Assembly (NCBI GenBank): GCA_963618265.1
Contig: CAVESB010000004.1
Location: forward strand, 813-64,812
Origin: a bacterium
Lineage (GTDB): Bacteria > Chloroflexota > Anaerolineae > Anaerolineales > Anaerolineaceae
Reading direction: 5' to 3'
DNA: 64,000 bases
Part shown: positions 9,831-18,153 of the stretch, in pieces
Numbering within the stretch: position 1 is the first letter of the stretch
How the letters are laid out: each line of letters starts with the position of its first letter
Position numbers and translations under genes: made by a program
The notes under the pieces: generated by a model
The model's input: only the letters and a program-made list of their open reading frames with translations
Database searches by the model: none
Told to the model about the DNA's origin: nothing

Positions 9831-10634
9831 TTATTCTTTACCCAGTTCAATGGTGCGCTTCAAACACGCCCACATACCGTCCGCCAGCGCGGTGCGCAGT
9901 CCTTCCTTTTCCATGACAGCCAGTGCTTCGGCAGTGGTGCCGCCGGGGGAGGTGACTTCATTCTTGAGAATGACCGGATGCTTGCCGGATTGCTTCATGT
10001 ACTCGGCTGAGCCGAGGACGGTCTGCAAGGCGATCTGCTGCGCAATCGGGCGCGGAATGCCCATGTGAACGGCGGTATCGGTCATGGCTTCGATGAAGAG
10101 GAACACATAGGCAGGTCCCGAGCCGCTGACCGCGGTGACGAGGTCAAGCATACTCTCGCGCTGCGCTTCGAACTGCATACCCAGCGCGGAGAGGATCTTT
10201 TCAGCGAGCTTCTTCTGTTCAGCGGAAACCGGACCGGCGGCATACCAGGCGCATACGCCTTCGCCGACCTGCGCCGGGGTGTTCGGCATGATGCGAATAA
10301 TGCGCTGTGCTCCCATAGCTTCGGGGTAGTAACTTGTCGGAACGCCCACAACAATGGTCATGAGCAGCGCGTCCGCAGGGATGTGACCCTTGATCTCGGC
10401 GGAGACATCGGCGAGAAACTGCGGTTTGACTGCGATTAACACGACATCCGCGCCGCTGACCGCGTCGAGGTTGGAGGCGGCGCAGGAAGTGCCCTGCGCG
10501 TCATGCAGCTGCTTGACTTTATCACTCATGGCGTCGCTGATGAAAATATCCGACGCCTTCAAAACATTTTTGTTGACGATACCTTTTACAATGGCGCTGC
10601 CCATCATGCCTGCGCCGATTACTGCCATTTTCAT
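9831..10634 (-). CDS. proC: pyrroline-5-carboxylate reductase
   Basis: 267 aa. Rossmann motif VIGAGMMGSAI and ProC signature VTSPGGTTAEAL. Abuts mtaB with no spacer. Confidence 0.85.
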   Translation of the reverse strand: MKMAVIGAGMMGSAIVKGIVNKNVLKASDIFISDAMSDKVKQLHDAQGTSCAASNLDAVSGADVVLIAVKPQFLADVSAEIKGHIPADALLMTIVVGVPTSYYPEAMGAQRIIRIMPNTPAQVGEGVCAWYAAGPVSAEQKKLAEKILSALGMQFEAQRESMLDLVTAVSGSGPAYVFLFIEAMTDTAVHMGIPRPIAQQIALQTVLGSAEYMKQSGKHPVILKNEVTSPGGTTAEALAVMEKEGLRTALADGMWACLKRTIELGKE

Positions 10635-10693
10635 AGATAATCACCTCAAAAATCATGACCGTCATCGGATTATGACGGAATTTTTGCTGCTGT

Positions 10694-11593
10694 TTAATCC
10701 CTCATCCAGCGGCCGTAGACTGCCATGGAAAGCAGACGCCCCGCGTTATCCTGATTGCAGACTTCGCCGGCCGAGACGATGCCGCCGTGGGAGAGTGTCT
10801 TCTCCCGGATGGCGTTATAAAGTGTAACGGAAGACGCCTTCACCGCGTAAGCCGTCACCAGCATGAAGTCCGCGTGTTCGGACAGCACCCCGGCGCAGGC
10901 CTCAAGCAGCTCAGGAAAGCCCTTATAGAATTCCCAGACCTCACCTTTCGGACCGCGTCCGAATTTCGGCGGATCCAGAATGACCCCTTCATACAGGGAG
11001 CCGCGGCGGTACTCACGGCGCACGAATTTCAGCGCATCGTCCAGGATCCAGCGGATTTTATCCTGCGGGATTCTGCTCAGTTCCTGATTTTCCTTCGCCC
11101 AGGCAACCGCTTTTTTGGATGCGTCAAGGTGGGTGACATTCGCCCCGGCCGCCGCGCACGCCATTGAGATCGCGCCGGTATAGCCGAAGAGATTCAGCAC
11201 CTTAAAGGGATGCTTCCCGGCTTTGCGGATGCGCTCGCCGACCCAGTCCCAATGACAGGCCTGTTCCGGGAAAACGCCCAGCTGTTTCGAGTTCGCGAGC
11301 TGCGCCTTGAGCGTCAGATGCCGGTAGCGGATGATCCAACTGTCGGCGACTTTTTTGTACTGCTTCCAATGCCCGCCGTTTTCCTCGGCAGTCGGGATAA
11401 ACTCTGCGGAGGCTTTCTGCCATTCGCTTTCATTCATGCGCGGACTCCAGACGGCTTCCGCTTCCGGGCGGATGAAGCGGTAGGGACCGAACTGTTCCAG
11501 CTTTCTGCCGTTCCCGCTGTCAAGCAGCCTGTAATCCGACCAGCGCGGCGAGGTCATTAAATTCACTTCCGGTTTGATTGCGGTATTTTCCAT
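10694..11593 (-). CDS. class I SAM-dependent (rRNA-type, RlmI/YccW-like short form) methyltransferase
   Basis: 299 aa. SAM motif I LNLFGYTGAISMA and DPPKFG motif. First gene of the minus-strand operon. Confidence 0.7.
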   Translation of the reverse strand: MENTAIKPEVNLMTSPRWSDYRLLDSGNGRKLEQFGPYRFIRPEAEAVWSPRMNESEWQKASAEFIPTAEENGGHWKQYKKVADSWIIRYRHLTLKAQLANSKQLGVFPEQACHWDWVGERIRKAGKHPFKVLNLFGYTGAISMACAAAGANVTHLDASKKAVAWAKENQELSRIPQDKIRWILDDALKFVRREYRRGSLYEGVILDPPKFGRGPKGEVWEFYKGFPELLEACAGVLSEHADFMLVTAYAVKASSVTLYNAIREKTLSHGGIVSAGEVCNQDNAGRLLSMAVYGRWMRD

Positions 11594-11898
11594 AACAATG
11601 ATTATACTCTTATCGTGCCTTGCAAAAAGTGTTTAATGGGTCTTCCATAACATTTATATCCTGATTGGCGGTATAATTTGATAGCGGCTGTTATTATGAA
11701 AACGGTAGGTATCGGACAAGTGTTATATGAACAGCGCACTTTTGTTCCGAACCGCCGGTGATGGGTTGAAGTCCGAAAGGCATAAAAACGCCGTGAATTA
11801 ATTCATGCTTTTATAGTACAATTTGTTTGTATCGTCTGTGAGAGTAGTTTTATCGTGCAATGACGGGATCTTGTTTGTGAAGTGTAGAGGACGAATTT

Positions 11899-13299
11899 AT
11901 GGAAGAAAAAATCAGAGTAGGTATCCCGAGTTATGATGAATCAAAGCTTGATTGTACGACATACAATCCCGAAGTATTGAATGTCGTGAATTTGATTTCC
12001 GAGCCGCTGCTCCGAATGTATGACGGAAAAATCTGGCCGGCTCTGGCACGCAGCTGGCAGGTCTTCCAAAAGGGATGCCGCTGGCTGTTTTATATTCCGC
12101 AGAATACGTTGTTTAATGACAGCACGCCCTGTACGGTCGCGGATGTGGTTGAGAGTATCAATTACATGAAAGAAACCGCGGACGATCGCGGTCATCAGAG
12201 TTCGTACGCACGCTACCTGAAGGATGTCACGTTTAACATTCTGAACCGCTACGCGCTTGAGGTTGTCTGTCCCAAGCCCTGCGGCGATATCGCAGAGATC
12301 CTCAGTTCCATCCCTGTTTTGAAGCCGAACCGTCTCGGCAAGCGCATTGTCGGCACAGGCAGTTACAAATATTCCAACTATTGGGCGAATAAGTCCATTC
12401 GCTTGAACAAGCTTTCCGGGCTTAAGTATCTTTCCGCCTATAAGCAGATCACTTTCTTTGTGGAGCCGGATCCGCAGAAGCGGCTGGAAATGCTGCGCAA
12501 GGGCGATGTGCATATCGTATCCGGGATGAACGATATCCCGCGAGAGGAACGGAACGACGGTAATTTCTGGTGGGAATGCCGCCAGAATCAAAGCGTCATG
12601 GGAATGCTGAACGGTTACCGTGCGCCTTTCAATGATCCTGCGGCGCGGAGAGCGGTAAACCTGGCGGTGGATGTCAAGCATATCATTGCCACCCTTTTGG
12701 ATGGTCACGCCAGTCCGGCTGCCTCCGTTGTCAGCCCGTATCACTGCGGGTGCAGCAGTCTGCTTGACCCGATTCCTTATGACCCGGATGAAGCACGCCG
12801 TCTCTTCTCTCAAGTCGATACCGCTGAAGAGGTTGTCGTCACGGCTGCTGCGGGTTGTCCCCGGGAGTCATTCGCGCTCGCGGATATGATCGCACAGTAT
12901 CTTGCCGATGTCGGCCTGAAGGTTCGTGTAGAGCGTTATGATGATGCAGATGCGTATTATGAAAAAGTCTCCGCAGGCAATCTGGCTGACATCATGCTCA
13001 TGCACACCATGAACAGCAGCACCTATCGTCTCCTGCGGGATACGATTGACTGCGAGGAACCCGGCCCGATGTGGCAGGGCGTACGCGATGCGGAGGTTCA
13101 GCGGCTGATTCATGAGGCGAATGTTGAATGTGACATCACCGACCGTGAACGCCGCTACGCGAAAGCCATTGCCTATCTCAACCGCAACCCGCACTGGCTG
13201 TATCTCTACCATCCGTCTGGGGTATTCGCTTCGCATCCCGATGTGACGGATGTGGAAACGCTGCACAGCGGTGTTTTCCGCTTCCCAGGCGCTTGGTAG
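11899..13299 (+). CDS. family-5 solute-binding-protein homolog without signal peptide (predicted cytoplasmic), orphan copy
   Basis: 466 aa. SBP_bac_5-like throughout (EPLLRMYDG..PALARSWQV, GTGSYKY, NDPAARRAVNLAVD). The N-terminus MEEKIRVGIPSYDES has no hydrophobic leader and the ORF cannot extend upstream. Paralog of 22988-24388. Confidence 0.75.
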   Translation: MEEKIRVGIPSYDESKLDCTTYNPEVLNVVNLISEPLLRMYDGKIWPALARSWQVFQKGCRWLFYIPQNTLFNDSTPCTVADVVESINYMKETADDRGHQSSYARYLKDVTFNILNRYALEVVCPKPCGDIAEILSSIPVLKPNRLGKRIVGTGSYKYSNYWANKSIRLNKLSGLKYLSAYKQITFFVEPDPQKRLEMLRKGDVHIVSGMNDIPREERNDGNFWWECRQNQSVMGMLNGYRAPFNDPAARRAVNLAVDVKHIIATLLDGHASPAASVVSPYHCGCSSLLDPIPYDPDEARRLFSQVDTAEEVVVTAAAGCPRESFALADMIAQYLADVGLKVRVERYDDADAYYEKVSAGNLADIMLMHTMNSSTYRLLRDTIDCEEPGPMWQGVRDAEVQRLIHEANVECDITDRERRYAKAIAYLNRNPHWLYLYHPSGVFASHPDVTDVETLHSGVFRFPGAW

Positions 13300-13313
13300 C
13301 GCATTCCTGATTC

Positions 13314-14750
13314 TCAGTTGCCCATCATGTCACTGACGAGAGAGGCCAGCGTTCTGAAAATCGGCTTCATCTCGGGCGTGAACGGGGCGGCATTCATCCG
13401 CAGACAATTTGAATATGTGTTATTGACCGAGAACATCCCGCCGGGAGCGAGCGAGATGTTCTTTTCGCGCGCCCGGTTATAGAGCTTCAATGTGTCGATT
13501 CCGCTCGGCAGCTGCACCCAAAGGAAGAAACCGCCCTGCGGACTGCTGACCGTCGTTCCTGAGGGGAACATTTCGCGGATGTACGCGCTCATGCTGTCAA
13601 TCTTCTGGTGATAGGCAGCGCGGGCTTTATGCATCTGCCGCTCGAAGCTGCCGTGCGCCAAGTATTGGGCGATGGACTGCTGCAGAAGCGGGGATGTGGC
13701 AAGGTTCAGCGCGTGTTTGAATTGCACGACCTGCTTGCGGAACTTGCCCGGCACGATCCATCCGATACGGTAAGACGGCGCCAGCACCTTTGAGAAAGAT
13801 GAACAGTAAATGACCAGTCCCTTGCGGTCATGTGCCTTGATGGTGCCGGGGCGGCTTTTCCCGAAGTAAAGGTCGCCGATGGAGTCATCCTCAATGAGCG
13901 GTACATTGTATATCTCAATGAGTGCCGCCAACTTCTTTTTTCCGGCCTCGGGCATGATGGTGCCGCGCGGGTTATTGCAGTTCGGGTTGACATAGACCGC
14001 TTTGATGGGGTTCATCTCCAGCGCGGAGCGCAGTGCATCCGTGTCGATTCCGTCTTCGGATGAGGGGATCTCAATCGCACGCAGACCCAGTTCCTGCAAA
14101 ATCTGCAGCACGCCGAAATAGCAGGGCGATTCGACTGCCACCAGATCGCCCGGATTGCACACAACGGAAAAGGCAATAAACAAAGCCTCGTTGCAGCCCG
14201 AAGTGACGATGATGTCGTCTGCCTGTGTCGGCGTGCCCGCGAGGAACATATGCTTCGCCAGCTGCAGACGCAGTGCCGAGACACCTTCCGCGCTGCCGGT
14301 GATCTGCAGCGGCACCTGTTCGGACTGCAGCAGCTTGGCGGTGATACGCGCCAGTTTCGCGACAGGCAACAGGTTCTGGGACGGAACGCCCGAACCCAGC
14401 GGGATCAGCGTCTCATCGTTCGAGTCCAGCAACACCAGACGGGTCATGTCCGGCATTTCCACATGCTTCGGGGAAGACAGCTCCACCGGTTTTCGCGGGT
14501 CATTGAGTTCCTGACGAACCGACACATAATAACCGGACTGCGGCTTCGAGACAAGATAACCGCGCAGCAGCAGCTCCTGGTAGGATTTCAGCACCGTCAT
14601 GATGCTGATGCCGCGGGCTTCGCTCATATGGCGGATGGAAGGCAGCTTATCTCCCGGTTTATATATGTTTTCCTCGATGTTCTTAATAATATCCTCGACT
14701 AATTGTATATATAATGGGCGCTTTGGCTCAGCGTTGATTCTTTCCGCCAT
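13314..14750 (-). CDS. MocR/GabR-type transcriptional regulator (GntR wHTH + fold-type-I aminotransferase-like domain)
   Basis: 478 aa. N-terminal GntR HTH (LPSIRHMSEARGISIMTVLKSYQELLLRGY). C-terminal PLP domain with SSFSKVLAPSYRIGW lysine motif. Divergent from the 15138 operon. Confidence 0.85.
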   Translation of the reverse strand: MAERINAEPKRPLYIQLVEDIIKNIEENIYKPGDKLPSIRHMSEARGISIMTVLKSYQELLLRGYLVSKPQSGYYVSVRQELNDPRKPVELSSPKHVEMPDMTRLVLLDSNDETLIPLGSGVPSQNLLPVAKLARITAKLLQSEQVPLQITGSAEGVSALRLQLAKHMFLAGTPTQADDIIVTSGCNEALFIAFSVVCNPGDLVAVESPCYFGVLQILQELGLRAIEIPSSEDGIDTDALRSALEMNPIKAVYVNPNCNNPRGTIMPEAGKKKLAALIEIYNVPLIEDDSIGDLYFGKSRPGTIKAHDRKGLVIYCSSFSKVLAPSYRIGWIVPGKFRKQVVQFKHALNLATSPLLQQSIAQYLAHGSFERQMHKARAAYHQKIDSMSAYIREMFPSGTTVSSPQGGFFLWVQLPSGIDTLKLYNRAREKNISLAPGGMFSVNNTYSNCLRMNAAPFTPEMKPIFRTLASLVSDMMGN

Positions 14751-14776
14751 TTAACTTTTGTCTCCTTGTAAAATAT

Positions 14777-14801
14777 AACAGGACGGCAAAACAGTCCTGT
14801 T
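14777..14801. promoter_or_regulatory. inverted repeat AACAGGAC-N9-GTCCTGTT in the mocR-like 5' region
   Basis: Perfect 8-bp arms, 27-51 nt upstream of the regulator start codon (14750). Could be an operator or a 5'-UTR hairpin. Confidence 0.35.
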
Positions 14802-14974
14802 TACTGGCAAAACTGTTAAAACTGCAATACTGATTTGTAATTTTATCTCTGTTTTTACAGAATACAGTGACGACGAACATCATAAATTACAAATGACAAC
14901 GTTTTCATAAAAAATGACATAGTTCCCGCAGACAGGCTTCGGAACGGCTTGAATTCCATGCCGGTTCGATGAAT

Positions 14975-14991
14975 TTTGTCACATTGTCATA
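14975..14991 (-). promoter_or_regulatory. 17-bp box TATGACAATGTGACAAA (read on minus strand), candidate operator
   Basis: Tandem TGACA-N3-TGACA. It matches the box at 30141-30157 at 15/17 positions. Extra TGACA half-sites lie at 14894, 14915 and 15004. Confidence 0.4.
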
Positions 14992-15015
14992 CGAATAAAG
15001 AAGTGACACGGCTGC

Positions 15016-15024
15016 TGTTATAAT
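15016..15024 (+). promoter_or_regulatory. extended -10 promoter element TGtTATAAT for the PPC-RidA-... operon
   Basis: TGTTATAAT seen directly, about 115 nt upstream of ATG 15138. The -35 is weak. Confidence 0.45.
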
Positions 15025-15137
15025 AAACTCGTAAAACATTTGTATCTGTTATTTGTTTATTGAGTTCGTTATACTGATAACAATTGCTTTACAAAAACGA
15101 TTTTGTCTCTTATTTTTATGCTATGGAGGAAATAACA

Positions 15138-15641
15138 ATGGCTAACAAATACAAGGCTGTACGTTGCACCCGCGGGCGTGAATGGATCTTCCGCTGTTCC
15201 ACCGGGCAGGATGTTTATGATGCTTTCCAGCAGTTTGCGATCGACAACAAGATCGAGTTTGCGAAGATCGACACTGCTTTCATGGGCGGCTTCGAGCCTG
15301 CGCGTATGCTGGTTTGGTCTCCGGATTCAACCAACCCGGAAAACTGGCATCATGAAACCGCGATGGATGTCCAGAACCTGACCATGCTCCTGAGCATCGG
15401 CGGTTTCATCCATATCCGCAAGAATGACAAGGGCGAACGTGAACCGTTCCCGGCGATTCACTACATCGTCGGCGCTGCCTGGAACGCTCCGATCTGCGGC
15501 GGACACCTGATCCCCGGCACCATCGCGAAGGGCAACCTCGAATGTTTCATCACCGAAATTCTGGACATCGAAACCTTCCTGGATGATGATGTCAATGTCG
15601 GCGCTCCCGAGACCTGGTATTACAACACCAAAGGCGAATAA
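15138..15641 (+). CDS. PPC (DUF296) domain protein
   Basis: 167 aa from ATG 15138, with GGAGGA 7 nt upstream. PPC-like pattern: RGREWIF..GQDVYDAFQQFA..IEFAKI, then GGFI, IHYIVGAA, ICGGHL. Paralog at 37216-37779. Confidence 0.65.
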   Translation: MANKYKAVRCTRGREWIFRCSTGQDVYDAFQQFAIDNKIEFAKIDTAFMGGFEPARMLVWSPDSTNPENWHHETAMDVQNLTMLLSIGGFIHIRKNDKGEREPFPAIHYIVGAAWNAPICGGHLIPGTIAKGNLECFITEILDIETFLDDDVNVGAPETWYYNTKGE

Positions 15642-15682
15642 TCGGTAATCATTCGAGTGGACTCGGAGAGAGGTATTTCATA

Positions 15683-16069
15683 ATGGGTATTGAAAAGAAA
15701 GTGATCTTGGACGGCGGCGCGATGCCGTTCTCCAAGGTCATTCGTATGGGTAAAACAGTTTACGTTTCCGGCATGGTCGGACGGCGTGATGATGACGGCA
15801 CGATTCCCGCGACGGTTGCCGAACAGACCCGTGTGACCATGGATAAGATCGCCGGTCTGCTGCGCGCCGCGGACACCGAATGGAACAACGCGCTGAAGGT
15901 GACGATTTTCGTGACCGATATGCGTTATTTCGGCGAAGTCAACGAAGTCTACAAGACATACTTCGCCGCCGGTCAGATGCCCGCCCGCTCCTGCGTGGCG
16001 GTCTCTTCCCTGCCCGATCCCGACGCGAAAGTCGAGATTGAGCTGATCGCTGAGGTTCCGAATGCCTGA
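15683..16069 (+). CDS. ridA: RidA/YjgF-family reactive enamine/imine deaminase
   Basis: 128 aa. Typical family pattern (VYVSGMVG, VTIFVTDM, ARSCVAVSSLP, VEIELIA). Confidence 0.85.
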   Translation: MGIEKKVILDGGAMPFSKVIRMGKTVYVSGMVGRRDDDGTIPATVAEQTRVTMDKIAGLLRAADTEWNNALKVTIFVTDMRYFGEVNEVYKTYFAAGQMPARSCVAVSSLPDPDAKVEIELIAEVPNA

Positions 16070-16961
16070 AAACAAACGCCGTGTATTGATTCTTGACGCA
16101 TTCACCGACACGCCTTTCCTCGGAAACCCGTGCGGTGTAGTGCCCGATGCCAACGGCATGACCGATGAGGAAATGCAGAAGGTTGCCCGCGAACTGAACA
16201 CGCCCGAAACCAGCTTTGTCTCCAAATCCGATAAAGCCGACTTCCGCGTCCGCTATTTTACCCCGCATTATGAGATCGGTTTCGCCGGTCATCCGACCAT
16301 CGCGACCTCTTTCATGCTTGGGCTTGAAGGCATGACCGCTGTTGACAAACCCGTCAATACGATCTCTCTTGAGTTCAACATCGGCGTTTTGCCGGTGGAT
16401 ATCCGAAGCGAAAACGGCAAGCCGGCTTCCGCTGTGATGACCCAGGCTCTGCCGACTTACGGCGCTTCCGTTGAGCCGGAAGAAATGGCTGCCTGCTTCA
16501 AGAACTTCACCAAGGATGACTTCGCTGACGGAATTAAACCGCAGGTCGCCGGTACCGGTACCAATTTCCTCATGGTGCCGATCAAGTCCCTGGACAAGCT
16601 CGCCGCTATTGAGATGAATCGTGATAAGCTCTGTGAGATCGTCGACCGTGTCGGCGTGCAGGGCTCCTATGTGTTTGTGCCTTACGGCTTCGCTCCCGAG
16701 ACCGGCATGCATGCCCGCCTCTGCGATCCGCGCGGCACGCAGGAAGACCCCTTCACCGGTTCCGCTGCGGGCGCTGCCGGCTGTTTTATGCTCGATCACG
16801 GCATGACCGATAAAGAGGTCATCAACATCGAGCAGGGCAACTTCATCGGCCGTCCGGGCCATGGTACGCTTTATCTGAAGCGTGAAAACGGCAAAATCAC
16901 ATCCGTCCGCCTCGGCGGTTGCGCTGTGAAAGTCTCCGACGGCATGATGCAGTTGAGCTGA
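16062..16961 (+). CDS. PhzF-family isomerase/epimerase-like protein
   Basis: 299 aa. LDAFTDTPFLGNPCGVV, MQKVARELNTPETSFV, RYFTP. The start overlaps the ridA stop by 8 nt. Confidence 0.8.
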   Translation: MPENKRRVLILDAFTDTPFLGNPCGVVPDANGMTDEEMQKVARELNTPETSFVSKSDKADFRVRYFTPHYEIGFAGHPTIATSFMLGLEGMTAVDKPVNTISLEFNIGVLPVDIRSENGKPASAVMTQALPTYGASVEPEEMAACFKNFTKDDFADGIKPQVAGTGTNFLMVPIKSLDKLAAIEMNRDKLCEIVDRVGVQGSYVFVPYGFAPETGMHARLCDPRGTQEDPFTGSAAGAAGCFMLDHGMTDKEVINIEQGNFIGRPGHGTLYLKRENGKITSVRLGGCAVKVSDGMMQLS

Positions 16962-16978
16962 ATCAGACAGGAATACCA

Positions 16979-18142
16979 ATGAAACGCAAGAATCGTGTTG
17001 AGACACTGTTGAGCGAGAGCAAGAATTTTGACGCTTTTGTTGTCAAGTCTCCTGCCGATATCGCTTATTTGATCGGAATCGTCTTCCCGTATCCCGATCA
17101 GTCGCCTTTCTCTGCGGCACTCGTTGCCTGCAAGGGAAACAATAAATACACCCTGATCATTCCGGTGGAGTGGGAATGTGTGCTTCCCAACTTCACATGG
17201 AAGGGTCTGACCAGAACTTACAGCATCAATGACGGCGATCCGGACACCGCTTTCCGCGGCGCGCTGAAATCCGTTCTTGAGAGCATGGAACCGAACGGCA
17301 AGAATATCGGCATCGACTACTCCTCCTGGACGGTTGCCGAGATTCGTTTTCTCAAGGAAACCTTTGACGGCGCAGGTCTCGTCGATATCGACCCGGAACT
17401 GAGTGCCGCCCGTGAGATCAAGAGCGCGGAAGAGATCGTCAACATTAAATTGGCTTCCCACATCGCCGACCGCGGGATGATCGGTGCTCTGAACCATGTT
17501 GAAGGGACCATCGGCACCGCCGAGTATACCCGCGCTGAGTTTCTCGAACGCATCCGCGTTCATGCCATTGAGTTCGGCGCGAACTGCACCGGTCATCTGA
17601 ACCTTTCCGAAGGCCGTTCCGGACGCAGCTGGCTGACCCCAATCCGCGATCTCTCTTTCACCGAAGACGGACACACGATCCGTGCGGATTATTCCGTCTG
17701 CATGAACGGCTGCTGGACTGTCTGCTCCCGTATGTTCTTCACCGGCAAGCCGGATCAGGCCGCTGTTGATGCTTATGCCGACAACATGATGATCAAGAAT
17801 TTCGCGGTTGACATTCTGAAGCCGGGCATCCGTGTCTCCGAGTTCTGCGAAGCCGTCCGTCTGAAGGCTGAGGAAGAATGTATCGAGCTGATGCTGGATG
17901 AAGGTCTCGGTCACGGCGTTGGCATGTCGGAACATGAGAAGCCGTTCCTGACCGCCGATAACGATGAAGTTCTGAAGCCGAATATGGTGATTGCTTTGGA
18001 CATCAAGACGATCGGCTCTGTCAACGAAATGATTCACTCGATTGATATTTATCAGCTGACCCGGGACGGCAACGTCAAGCTCAGCGATTTCCGCGAGTGG
18101 AACACCATGTATCTGATCAACGGTATGCGTTCAACGCACTAA
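16979..18142 (+). CDS. M24 (pita-bread fold) Xaa-Pro peptidase/creatinase-like hydrolase, paralog 1
   Basis: 387 aa from ATG 16979. Creatinase_N-like N-terminus (FDAFVVKSPADIAYLIG). C-terminal GLGHGVGMSEHEKP motif is present, but the EPG/RIE positions are altered (VIALDIKT, HSIDIY). Confidence 0.75.
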   Translation: MKRKNRVETLLSESKNFDAFVVKSPADIAYLIGIVFPYPDQSPFSAALVACKGNNKYTLIIPVEWECVLPNFTWKGLTRTYSINDGDPDTAFRGALKSVLESMEPNGKNIGIDYSSWTVAEIRFLKETFDGAGLVDIDPELSAAREIKSAEEIVNIKLASHIADRGMIGALNHVEGTIGTAEYTRAEFLERIRVHAIEFGANCTGHLNLSEGRSGRSWLTPIRDLSFTEDGHTIRADYSVCMNGCWTVCSRMFFTGKPDQAAVDAYADNMMIKNFAVDILKPGIRVSEFCEAVRLKAEEECIELMLDEGLGHGVGMSEHEKPFLTADNDEVLKPNMVIALDIKTIGSVNEMIHSIDIYQLTRDGNVKLSDFREWNTMYLINGMRSTH

Positions 18143-18153
18143 GGCAGGGTAGT

